From assembly GCF_032191835.1 (NCBI RefSeq), contig NC_083239.1, forward strand, positions 31,000,001 to 31,064,000: DNA of 64,000 nucleotides. The letters run 5' to 3'. Positions within the stretch are counted from its first letter, which is position 1. Every line of letters begins with the position of its first letter. Made by a program: the position numbers and the translations under genes. Below the pieces are notes generated by a model. That model did no database searches. It was not told the DNA's origin and saw only the letters and a program-made list of their open reading frames with translations. Origin of the DNA: Heteronotia binoei (lineage: Eukaryota). This document shows positions 47,901 through 58,914 of the stretch, piece by piece.

Positions 47901-49354
47901 GAATTAAGCTAGACCAACATTGTTGCTTTTTATTTGAAAGTCTGTGTGCTGCGAAATTGTACGACTCCCCCCACCGCCAATATTTTTATTTTGTTCCTTT
48001 TTTCTACCTCTTTTAGAATCCAATATCATTTTTTCCTCTTTGTTTTACAAATAAACTTTTTTGAAAAATTGGGCGCTTAGTTTAGTACATTATATTTCAC
48101 TGGGATATTTGTCTTAATCCCTTCCTAAATGCTGGACTCCAGAGAGAATACTTAAGGTATTCCCGTAAGGGTTTCATCCTGTTATTTTTTTTAATGGTCT
48201 ACTACTGTTCTCTCACCTGGATAGTCCATGCTTGTCCAATCTCATCAGATTTTGGAAGCTTAGCAGGGTTAACCTTGGTTAGAACTTGGATGGGAAACCA
48301 CCAATGCCTAGCCATTTCAGGTTTTCCTAGTCTCAGAGCATTTCTAGTTTCCGCCGTGATCCTTGTGCTTTTTCTTGATGTTTTCTTTTAAAAATTCCAT
48401 TGCCAAATCCCACTATTCCCCCACCTTTCCATTTTAAACAAAATGTTGCAATAGTTTTAAGCATGTTTGTATTTAAAGTGAAACAAAATATCTTATTGTG
48501 TTTGTGTTCTTTTCTAAAGTTTGTATCTCTGCTACCTGGAATTACATTTTATGACATGCATGGCCCAGCCCCACCTTTGTTTGTTTGTCACCCCTGATTT
48601 AGTCATTGAGGCTAACAGCTGTTGATAGACCTAATCCCCTGAATTTGTCTAATCCCCTTTCAAAGCCCACTGACCTAATAGCCAGGGCTGAACTGTCTGG
48701 GACCCTAGGCAAGGCTAACTTCTGCCCCCCCTGCACAGATAACGTCACCAAGTCATATGAATGGTGCCAAGTTTGGTGCCCCCAGAAGATTGGCACCCTA
48801 TGCAATCGCCTAGTTTGCCTACTGGACTGGCAGGGCCAACCCTGCTATTGGCCAAACTACATCCTTTAGCTTTGAATTCTGCATGGTAATTTCTCTTCCA
48901 AAGTACTTCTGTTTGGTAACCTAGTTTAAAATGCAGATATTTGAGGAGAATGGTCCAATTCTGTTTTCCTCCCAGAGGTTTGTTAAATCTCCCAGTTGTT
49001 CATTAAATCTTAAGTCTTGGGTTAATCTCAAGTTCTGTGTTGGTTCCTGGCTGAGTCTGATCCACATGCCAGCCTCAAGGCTGGCTCATAGAGCATAAGG
49101 TTTTGTGGGTGTGCACCACGTATTCCATGTACTTATGTCTGTGGGATATGAACTCCGTATCCCTCTCTTCCTTTTGTCCACTTGGAAGATACATGCTTGG
49201 GAAACTTCATTTGACTCTGGGTCCCTACAGTGCAATCTGTGCCATGATAGCTAAAGAGGGCTTCATTTATAGGGCTGAGAAACTGCTTTGGGGGAGTTAA
49301 TGTTGCTGGTGGAAAGCACTATCAAGTTGCAGCTAACTTGACCCTGTAGGACAA

Positions 49355-49540
49355 AGGAATCCAGTAGCACAACAAAGTTTTATTCAGAATGTAAGCTTTC
49401 GTATGCATGCATACTTCATCAGACAATGGAATGGGGAACAGTGAGCAGAGATATATAGCTCTTTGTTGGTCTTAAAGGTGCTACTGGACTCCTACTTTGT
49501 TCTATTGCTTCAGACCAACACAGCTGCTCACCTGGATCTT
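49355..49540. mobile_element. PLE pLTR foldback element containing the best-preserved hammerhead
   Basis: tccagtagcac...aacaaag arm versus ctttgttggtcttaaaggtgctactggactc arm. Confidence 0.75.
49382..49432 (-). ncRNA. Apparently intact minimal type I hammerhead ribozyme
   Basis: AUUCCAUUGU-CUGAUGA-A-GUAUG(CAUG)CAUAC-GAAA-GCUU-ACAUUCUGAAU: intact core, 5-bp stem II, palindromic AGCU stem III, stem I of 3 bp + internal loop + 4 bp. Confidence 0.7.
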
Positions 49541-49544
49541 GACC

Positions 49545-49945
49545 CAGGGGTGTCAAACATGCAGTTTGAGGGCTCCAATCAGGCCCCTGGAGGGCTCCTA
49601 TCAGGCCCCCAAGCAACTGGCTGTCATCTGCTTCCTTCTCCCTCTCTCTTGCTTCCTTCTGCATAACAGCTTGCTCTGCACAGCTGGAGCTACACCCAGG
49701 AGCTACAGAGCAAAACCTGTTTTCTCCATTGGCTGAGGCTCCTCCTTTGGGGAGGAAAGGGGAGAGGCAGAGCTTGCTTTGCCAGGATCTTTCAATCCCA
49801 CAACAGAGCTACCTCTCTTCCTTCTATTGACTGAGGGTCTTCCCCCTTCTGGTCCCCTGGGGAAGGAAGGAAAGAGCCAGAGCTTCCTTTGTCAGCCCAA
49901 TAAGGTCTCATTTATGTCAGATCCAGCCCTCATAACAAATGAAAA
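49545..49945. mobile_element. hAT MITE (CAGGGGTGTCAAAC family), right end interrupted by a 5S SINE
   Basis: Intact left TIR; body matches 46472. Confidence 0.7.
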
Positions 49946-49953
49946 CCCTGTTG

Positions 49954-50123
49954 TAGGGTTTTCAAGGCAAGAGACATTCAGAATTGGTTAGCCATTGCTT
50001 CCCTCTGCGTAACAACCTTCAGCTTCCTTGGTGGTCTCCCATCTAGGTGCTAACCAGGGCTGACCCTGCTTAGCTTCTAAGATTTGAAGAAATTGGGTTG
50101 GTTTGGAACATCCAGGTCAGGGC
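49954..50123 (-). mobile_element. 5S-headed SINE
   Basis: ggtggtctcccatctaggtgctaaccagggctgaccctgcttagcttc is complementary to 5S. Confidence 0.7.
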
Positions 50124-50343
50124 TTGAGAGTTAACAGCAATTCTAATTAATAGAAGCAGATTGTGAAGCAAAGGCCACTAGAGGGCATCCATCACACAGA
50201 GCAAAGACTGCCTTTATGTCTTTTTCCCCAGGAGCAGCATAGAGCCAAGAATAAACATGTAGATACGGAGCAGCGGCTGCTGCATTGATTGCCTGAAATC
50301 AGAAATGCATTTCAAGTAATTTTGATGCATTTTTGCTGGACCT

Positions 50344-50545
50344 GGTGGAAAGTGTCATCAAGTCACAGCCCAGTTACAGCGACCTTGAAGGGTTTTCAAG
50401 GCAAGAGATGCTCAGAGGTGGTTTGCCACTGCCTGCCTCTGCGTAGCCACCCTGCACTTTCTTGATGGTCTCCCATCCAAGTACTAACCAGGGCCAACCC
50501 TGCTTAGCAGATGAGATCAGGCTAGCCAGGCCCATCCAGGTTAGG
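50344..50545 (-). mobile_element. 5S-headed SINE, near full length
   Basis: ggtctcccatccaagtactaaccagggccaaccctgcttagc closely matches 5S box C to box A; BovB-like end gaaagtgtcatcaag. Confidence 0.8.
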
Positions 50546-50709
50546 ACTTACTAACTAGATCTACCAGTTTTTTGTTTTAAATATGATGAATCAGCACATT
50601 CCTTTTTGAAGCATAGGAGTTTGGACTTAAAAATAACAAAGATCTTGTGCATAGCTGCTATGGCCCCGAGCTGTTTAGGACCTTAAAAGTATGAATCAGC
50701 ACTTTGAAT

Positions 50710-51188
50710 TTGGGTTGCTAATCCCCAGGTGGGGGCGGGGGATCCCCCGGTTTGGAGGCTCTCCTCCTACTTCCGGGGTATCAGAAACCGGGGGAGTGGG
50801 GGGGGGAGGGAAATGTCTGCTGAGCACTCCATTATTCCTATGGAGACTAATTCCCATAAGGTATAATGGAGAATTGATCCACGAGTATCTGGGACTCTGA
50901 GGGGGCTATTTTTTGAGGTAGAGGCACCAAATTTTCAGCATAGCATCCAGTGCCTCGCCCCAAAATACCCTCCCAAGTTTTAAAAGGATTGAACAAGGGG
51001 GTCCAATTCTATGAGCCCCAAAAGGTGCTCCTATCCATTATTTCCAGTGGAGGAAATAATGTGTGTGGTCCTTTGAAATGCGATGGCCAGAACTCCCTTT
51101 GGAGTTCAGTTACGCTTGACACAACCTTGCTCCTGGCTCCACCCCCAAAAGTCCCCAGATATTTCTTGAATTGGACTTGGCAACCCTA
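50710..51188. mobile_element. hAT-like MITE (TAGGGTTGCC family), perfect TSD ctttgaat
   Basis: TSD at 50702-50709 and 51189-51196. Confidence 0.8.
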
Positions 51189-51224
51189 CTTTGAATTGTG
51201 CCTGGAAACAGATATGTGACCCTA

Positions 51225-51622
51225 GTCTGCACTGTGGAACCAGCTTCCGGAGGAAGTGCGGGCCCTGCGGAACCTCGACCAGTTCCGCAGGGCCTGCAAG
51301 ACCGCCCTTTTTAGACAAGCCTATAATGACACTGACTGCTGAGTTGCCTGGTACAAAGAACCGCCATCTATAAGATTATCTAAACTGGCAGAACCAGCGC
51401 CATAACAGTTTTATTGCTGCCAGATATATTTATATATATATAGTGTAACGTAAATTATGTATTTTAACTTAACTGACTGGTTTTTATATGTTTAATTTTA
51501 ATTGTTAAATTCAAAGTTTTATTATGTTAACGTGTAAGTTGTTGTTAGCCGCCCTGAGCCGCCTAGGCGGGGAGGGCGGGATAGAAATAAAAGTTATTAT
51601 TATATTATTATTATTATTATTA
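51225..51622 (+). mobile_element. L2 LINE 3' end with (TAT)n tail
   Basis: WNQLPEEVRALRNLDQFRRACKTALFRQAY, then gttagccgccctgagcc...aataaaag(ttatta)n. Confidence 0.8.
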
Positions 51623-52113
51623 TAGTAGACCTTTCAATACGAGGAATATGTTTTCCCTGTTTCCTCAGCAAAAACCTGGTTGCCACATTTTGGACCAACT
51701 GAAATGCAGATCTTTCAGCACTGGGCTGACTTATTTCCAACCTAAGTCTTAATACTCTGTCTCCAGCCACAGACCTTGCAAAGATTTAAGGACGCTTAAG
51801 TTATATTGGTCTTTCCCTAGACTGTCTGGCACCCCGCACTGATAACATTACTGAGTCGCCTGGCGGGGTGCCCAATTCTTCACCCCCAGAAGGCTGGTGC
51901 CCTAGGCGATCACCTAGGTTACTAGTGCCACAGCCGGCCCTGTCTTTTCCACATTCTCATTTTCCTTGCTTGGGAGGGCCTATTGCTCATGGGGGGTTCT
52001 GTTACACACGTTTTGCTCCCTCTAGTGGCTGAATCAATGACATTGCTGCAGGTTTTTACACCAGATATAAAGGCTGGATTCAGATGGCCAATTTGAGCTG
52101 ACATAGGCACTTC

Positions 52114-52285
52114 CAGGGGTGGAATTCTATCAGGAGCTCCTTTGCATATTAGGCCACACCCACCTGATGTAGCTAAGCCTCCAAGAGCTTACAAAAAAAG
52201 AGTCTTGTACGCTCTTGAAGTATTGGTTACATCAGGGGTGCGTGGCCTAATATGTAAAGGAGCTCCTGCTAAAATTCCACCCCTG
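52114..52285. mobile_element. Palindromic hAT MITE variant
   Basis: caggggtggaatt...aattccacccctg; core shared with 34227. Confidence 0.75.
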
Positions 52286-52805
52286 GGTAGGATTAAAAAG
52301 TTAAGGTCAGACAGGCACAGCTGCTGCCCATTCCACTCTCACACTTACCCCGTCCTCTGATGTCTCTGAGAGAGCTCAAATTGCTACCAGTTGGGAAGTG
52401 GTAGTCTGACTGTGGGAGCACTCAAGTGAGGCAGATTGATGGTGTGAATCCACCTAGGTGCTCAGCAGTATTTTTTTTTTTAATCACTGCTGATGAGTGG
52501 ATGAGAGCATATGCACATGGCTACTAAAAAATGTCAGAGGAAAAAAAGAAATCCAAACTGCACTAATGGGATTGGTGTGCAACAAGCGTATGAACACACC
52601 AAAATGCCCCCTGTTTGACATACAGGTGCCTCAGGTGGGAGCATGTGATTTGTTCACTCCATTTTGGGGCAATGCAATTTGAGACACCTCTTATGCACAC
52701 AGAGCTGCCCGTTTGTACCCAGCCAATGAGATGTAGTATCAAATCGACCTCTACAGGGAACAAAACACACGTGGAACAGACCTCTCCCCCCCAAAAAACC
52801 AACAG

Positions 52806-53072
52806 AAGAAGAAGACTGCAGATTTATACCCCGCCCTTCTCTCTGAATCAGAGTGGCTTACAATTTCCTATATCTTCTCCCCCCACAACAGGCACCCTGT
52901 GAGGTGGGTGAAGCTGAGAGGGCTCTCACAGCAGCTGCCCTTTCAAGGACAGCTCCTGTGATAGCTATGGCTGACCCAAGGCCATTTTAGCAGCTGTAAG
53001 TGGAGGAATGGGGAATCAAACCCAGTTCTCCCAGACAAGAGTTCACACACTTAACCAATACACCAAACTGGC
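52806..53072 (-). mobile_element. MIR/CORE-like tRNA SINE (Squam3-like)
   Basis: Same family as 32373. Confidence 0.75.
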
Positions 53073-55736
53073 TCTAGAAACACACAGGAGAGGAAAAAGA
53101 GAATGGAGAAAAGTCCTTTAAGAAGGACAGTGATGTTTTCAGCAGATTCCCACTCTGCTGTTCTCATGGGTCTACTAATCTCCAAGGCCAAAATTTCGGC
53201 AGCCTCAGTCAGCTCCAGCAGGAGGGGGGAAACAGCTCCCTTTTGAGAGAACTTAATGCCTTTGGCTGGATACTGGATTGCCTCTCCCCAGAGCGTGCAG
53301 CCTATGGGCAGCTGTCAGTCTATTGCTAGATGCCATTTATGTATTTGAAAGGAAAACTGTATGTTGCCTCTTCACAGCTGTTCAAACAATAAAACAAAAC
53401 CAATGCAATAAACATGTCAATAAAAACCAGTCACACCAATAAAACAAGCCAGGTCACTTAATATAAATAGCAACAAGCAAGGGTATAAAAGCACCTAAAA
53501 CAAACAACACAGACTAGAAGAATACTGATAAAACAGGCCTTGGGCAAGGGGTAGAACATGAAACGGCGGAACCCCTTTAGATAAAAGCTTTTGTAAAAAG
53601 AAATGTTTTGATCTGGTGCCAACAGGTAGGTGCTAAGCAAGCCACAAGGAGGGTGTTCCACAGGCAAGGTGCCACCACTGAAAAGGCCTTGCCTCTGGTT
53701 GCCACTTGCCTTACCTATGCACGGAAAGGAAGGCTTGAAGAAGAAAATTTGAACTGGCGGGCTGAACAATATCGGAGGAGGAGGTTCTCTGAGCACTCCA
53801 TTTGGGGTCTCACTGGTAAGAACCAGAACTTCACAATGTAATCACAAATAAAGAGGCAGCCAACATAGAGCTTTCATCAAAAGGGTGATGTGATCCCTGT
53901 ATCTACAAACATATGCTCCATCAAGTCGTAACGAACTTCAGGCAACACCAGCAAGGGGCCTTTGAGGAAAGGGGGAAGCAGAGGTGGTTTGCATTCCCTT
54001 CCTCTGCAGAGTCTTCCTTGGTGGTCTCCCATTCAAGTAGGTTCTGAGATCTGACAAGATTGCACTATACCATGCTGCCTTTGAACTGTGTTATCTAGCC
54101 ACTGATAACAATCTGCCTGGGGGACATATTCTGGATCGACTGAAGTTTCCAAGCAGTTTTCAAAGGCACCCCCACAGAGAGTGCTTTACAATAATCTAAT
54201 CTGCGATGTGATCGGAGCATGATTTACTGCAGCCAAATCATGGGTTTTGAGGAATGGCCACAGCTACCACATCAGCTGACAAAAGACACTGCAGGGCAGG
54301 AGGGAACTTGAGCCTCCAACCACAGGCCAGGATCCATCCATCAGTTACCTAAGAGTTGCCATTAAGTGCTGTTTTTGTTAGAAAGCAACTGATTGGTCCC
54401 TCCTTATGACTGTAAAGAACAGCAGAAAAGACAAAGTCAGATAACGTAACTCTGAGGACGCGATGGGGAATGCTAAAACCAGACCATCTTTGTTATTAAC
54501 AATTGCCAGCGTAATTAGAGAGGGCTTTCATCAGCTACCCCTTCATTAAGGGCTGGCAATGAATAGAACCAGCATCCTGCCCTGGGCTGGGCTCGCCAGC
54601 AGGTTAAAAGTGGCCTGAGAATGAAATGCCGTAGTTCTGCAGGGTTCACCACAGTCCAGATCCATCAAGGCAGCAGCGTAACCTGATTTTCTTCCCTCCT
54701 CTGCAGCGTAAAAGGACAGCTTTGGAAGCTCCATACTGAAGGAAAGGAGTTTCTCTCTTGGGATCCGGTAAGACCCTCTTCCAATATTTTTTACCCCAAG
54801 GAAGCTGAGGGCTTGAACCCAAGACCTTCTGGATGCAAAAGTAGAGGCTGTCACTGAACTGTGGCACCCTCCCCATGGCGTAAGGTAATTGCTAAGAATG
54901 TATGGATATATGCCTCCCTTCAGCTAAACTGGATCCTATGACACTCTTTTGCTTATTTGGGGTAGGTAAGCTGTGTGGGGCTGTGGCAGAATAGCAATGG
55001 TCCAGTAGCACCGTTAGATATCAAGATTTCCAGGCATAAGGCATCGGGAGTCACATTTGACAAAGGGAGATTTAGCTCTCAAAAACGTAGACCCTAGAAA
55101 TCTTGTTGGTCTTTAAAGTGGGACCAGACCTCAAATCTTGCTCTTTTTTTTGCTGCGTTTGCTTCTTCCAGTAGAAAATTACTCTGGTGGAAAAAGGCTT
55201 TCTCTGGGAGAGGAAAGTCTTGTTGAAGGAAGTCTCTCCCAGTTGGGGGAAAACCTGTTGGAAGGCAGTGGTAAGATCCACCTTGGCTGCAGGGAGACAT
55301 AAAAACAAACCTTGGCTGCAAAGTGATGACTGCATACCTGAGGGTAAGCCCCCTTGAAGTACCTGGGGCAGAGTTCCAAGTAGACTCACTTGGATTGCAC
55401 TGTAATCTGCAAACTTGGAAGTCACTGGCTTGAATCTTCCATTTATCACAAAAAAGCAGATGGACTTAGGCAAGATCAGCTTTCTTAGCCCCTAACCTAC
55501 CTTCCTAGGTGGTTAGTAAGGACTGCAGCTAGATAATGTATGCAAAGCACTTGGAACACTCTCAAATGTTTTATAAAACACTGCGTCTTAACTGTGATTC
55601 AGTGTGTAAGGGAGGGAATCCAGAACTTGCTGCTCTAAATGCATCATACTGAGATTTCAACCTCAGAAGTAAATTCCAGTTGATGTTCTTTTTTCTTTTT
55701 CAGGGTACCAAACATCACCTGACACAGTCCATCACC

Positions 55737-55788
55737 ATGACAGCCTTGATCATCCATGCTGTTATTTTGCTCTTGATTTCTTCATTGG
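55737..55788 (+). CDS. Trypsin/kallikrein-like protease, first coding exon (signal peptide MTALIIHAVILLLISSL-V)
   Basis: Acceptor ttttcag at 55703, Kozak accATG, hydrophobic stretch, gtaaga donor, phase 1. Confidence 0.8.
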
Positions 55789-55844
55789 GTAAGAGTTTGT
55801 GTGATATGTAAGTGCAAATGAATGTGCCCTGGTTTCCTCTAGGC

Positions 55845-55981
55845 CAGGGGTGGGGAACAGTGGCTCTCCAGATGTTTTTTTCGCTACAACTCCCATCAGC
55901 CCTGGCCAGCATGGCCAATGGCTGGGGCTGATGGGAGTTGTAGGCAAAAACCATCTGGAGGGCCACTGTTCCCCACCCCTG
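55845..55981. mobile_element. Palindromic hAT MITE, perfect TSD ctctaggc
   Basis: caggggtggggaacag...ctgttccccacccctg; TSD at 55837-55844 and 55982-55989. Confidence 0.85.
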
Positions 55982-56602
55982 CTCTAGGCCAAGCAGCCCT
56001 CAACTTGTTGAACTCATAGGCAGTTTTGGAGTTTTATGAACAGTCAGGGAATGGTCCAACAAAATGGCTGCCATGGGAGGAAATCACAAAATGGATGCCA
56101 CAAGGGCTTAGTTCAGTCAAAAAAAGTTGATAGATTAGGCTGTTTCCGAATAGGTGTTTCCTGTTTGAGCTCTTCCTACTTCAATTATATGAAACACAGT
56201 GAGGTTTGACTCTTTATTTCCAGGAAGAGATGCTCTGGGGGAGAAAGAAGTGGGCACCAAGAAACGTATTGGTCATGGGTCCCATGGCTCCTATGGGCAC
56301 TATGTTGGGTATCACTGCTCTGGAGTTTCAGGCAGAGGTATTTTGCCAGATCCCTTTTAAGTGGAGATGTTGAGGACTGAACCTGGGACCTTTTGTGTGC
56401 CAATCAGATATTCTACCACTGAACTATGGCCCCCTCTCCTACTTCACTCACAAGAATGTGCTGAGAATAAAATGGAGCCAGTAAGAGCCATGTCTACTGC
56501 CCTGTGCTCTATAGGGTAGAATAAATTAAAGGTGTAGAGGCTTTGGTTCCTGTCATTGTAAGGTATATAAGTCTTGGTCTGAACCAGCATAGAGGGTTTC
56601 AT

Positions 56603-56695
56603 AAGAACGTAAGAGAACCCATGTTGGATCAGACCAATTGCCCATCCAGTCCAACACTCTGCATCACACAGTAGCCAAAACCCAGGTGCCATTGC
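56603..56695 (-). mobile_element. CR1 3' end fragment
   Basis: cataagaacgtaagagaacccatgttggatcag. Confidence 0.7.
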
Positions 56696-57434
56696 ATTTT
56701 CCATGCATTTTGGCTCCTGTGGTTTGAACCTGATACCCTGCCCTGTGATCCACTTGCACAGACTGAGGCTCTCTACATGCTTGCCTTCTGGAGAGGCAGG
56801 GTCAGGAGGACCATAACTTCTGGCTTCATGCACATCATATTTTATTGGCATAAATGTTGACCAGTCATTCTTTTATAAGCCAACACCTTTGTATATGAAA
56901 AAGGAGGGAAGGCTGGGGTCAGGAATATACCTCTTAAATGAAGAAAGCAGTTTGCTGAAGGGTGTTCTCTGTGGCCCACGTGGCCATCCCTGGGAATTCA
57001 TGTCTTGTTCTGGGCAAAAACCTCGTTCAACAAAGGAAGATTTTTTTTTCCATCTGAGGAATCTTTTCTCCCTCCAGAAATGGTCTTTCTCTGTTGGAGG
57101 AAGACTTAATAGAATCCTCCCCTAGAGAAAGACTTAATAAAGAATATCATAAGATCCTAATTAGTGACAGGCAGTCATAGGATCCAACCTCATACAAGTA
57201 AAATACATTTATTTGATTGAGATTCATCAGTCTGATTCATCTGAGTGTATGTCTGAAAATCAACTGAGCATGTGCTGTAAAATATATCATTCAATCACAT
57301 AAAACTCTCCAAACAAGTAAGAAACTTATTAAATGAGATAACGCCCCCCCCACACAAAATGTCACAAAATTCAAAGCCTCAGCAAACTGGACTGTCAGAA
57401 CAGCATTGTATGGAAACTCAAGAACAGTGGTCTT

Positions 57435-58000
57435 CAAGAACAAAGTCAGAGTCCAGCAGCACCTTTAAGACCAAAAAAGTTTTATTCAAGGTTTGAGCTT
57501 TCGTGTGCATGCACACTTCCTCAGCTAGAAACGGAAGATAATCATTCAAACTTATAGACTGAACAGCAAATTATCATGTAACGTGATGAAGATATAGGTA
57601 TCGTGCTTAAGAGGAGATGAATGGAGCGTCTCCATAAACTTCCCACAAATGAAAAGGATTCTCTTACCCATTTATCTCCTATTTGACATATTTATTGCTT
57701 CACTATTGTCCCCCCTTAATTAAATTCAAAACTGTGAACCCTGTATAACTTAACATGTTATTCTTATTTTGTCTCCACATATTTTAAAATATCTTCAGCA
57801 TGTTACACGCTAATTTGCTGTTCAGCCTCTGTCTAAAAGTCTGAACTATTATCTTCCATTTCTGAGTATCTGAGGAAGTACGCATGCACATGAAAACTCA
57901 TACCTTGAATAAAACGTTGCTGGTCTTAAAGGTGCCACTGGACTCTACCTTCTGTTGTGTTGCTTCAGACCAACATGGCTACCCACCTGGAGTGGTCTTA
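57435..58000. mobile_element. PLE remnant with inverted pLTR arms, each carrying a hammerhead motif (57495-57524 minus; ~57866-57903 plus)
   Basis: Minus copy CUGAGGA-A-GUGUG(CAUG)CACAC-GAAA-GCUC has an intact core and stem II, but stem I is broken. Confidence 0.75.
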
Positions 58001-58094
58001 AAGCTTCACAGTGCAGTGCTAAGCAAGCCCCCCCCCCCCCAATTTAAATTCTTTGATTTTATGAAAAATAGGGAATAGTCAATGAAGAGTCAAT

Positions 58095-58291
58095 AAGTCA
58101 CAACTGATTTATAGCAATCCCATAGGGTATTCAAGGCAAAAGATGTTCAGACATAATTTGCTATTGCCTACCTCTTCATAGCAACCCTGGATTTCTTGGG
58201 TGAACTCCCCTCCAAATACTGACCAGGGCTGAGCCTGCTGAGCTTCAGAAATCTGATGAAATTGAGCTAGCTTGGGCTATCTAGGTCAAGG
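58095..58291 (-). mobile_element. 5S-headed SINE
   Basis: Same family as 50344. Confidence 0.6.
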
Positions 58292-58511
58292 CAAATTATG
58301 CCCTTCTAGATCAGCTGAAGTCGGTTGGTTTAGAAGGGTGTAATTGTGCTTAGAATGCCAAAGAAAAACTTGTAAAACAATAATGGAAGCAGAACTCCCC
58401 ATGGAAGCAGTAAAAGCCTGTGAAAGCCATGAAAGATGATATAAAACTGGGACATGATTAAAAAGAAAGCTACAGCGTGGGGGGTAATCTCATCTCAAAG
58501 ACAGAGAAAAT

Positions 58512-58708
58512 CAGGGCTTCTTTTTGTGAGCAGGAACGCACAGGAACACAGTTCCTGCTGGCTTGGCGTCAGGGAATGTGGCCTAAAATGCAAATGAGTT
58601 CCTGCTGGGCCTTTTCTTTAAAAAAGCCCTGTGTGAAGCAATGGTGATGTTAGGGGATGTGCCCTAATGAATTCCTGGTGGGTTTTTTTCTACAAAAAAA
58701 AGGCTCTG
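58512..58708. mobile_element. hAT MITE, perfect TSD gagaaaat
   Basis: cagggcttcttttt...aaaaaaaaggctctg; TSD at 58504-58511 and 58709-58716. Confidence 0.8.
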
Positions 58709-58760
58709 GAGAAAATTAATCACTGACTCATGTTTCTACTCATAACTGGTTGCTTTTAAG

Positions 58761-58914
58761 TACTTGCCAAGAGTGGCTCGCCACCGAAGGGACACCCCTG
58801 CGTTCCCTACTCTCAGCCATGGCAAGCGGCTGTCTACAAAGCCTTCTCTTTCTACTGCGGTGCCATCCTCCTAGATCGGAAGTGGGTACTCACAGCAGCT
58901 CACTGCAAAAATGG
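58761..58914 (+). CDS. Trypsin/kallikrein-like protease exon (LAKSGSPPKGHPCVPYSQPWQAAVY...YCGAILLDRKWVLTAAHCKN-G)
   Basis: ttaag/gtaggt boundaries, 154 nt, phase 1-2; SQPWQ, CG and TAAHC (His57 at 58901). Confidence 0.93.
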
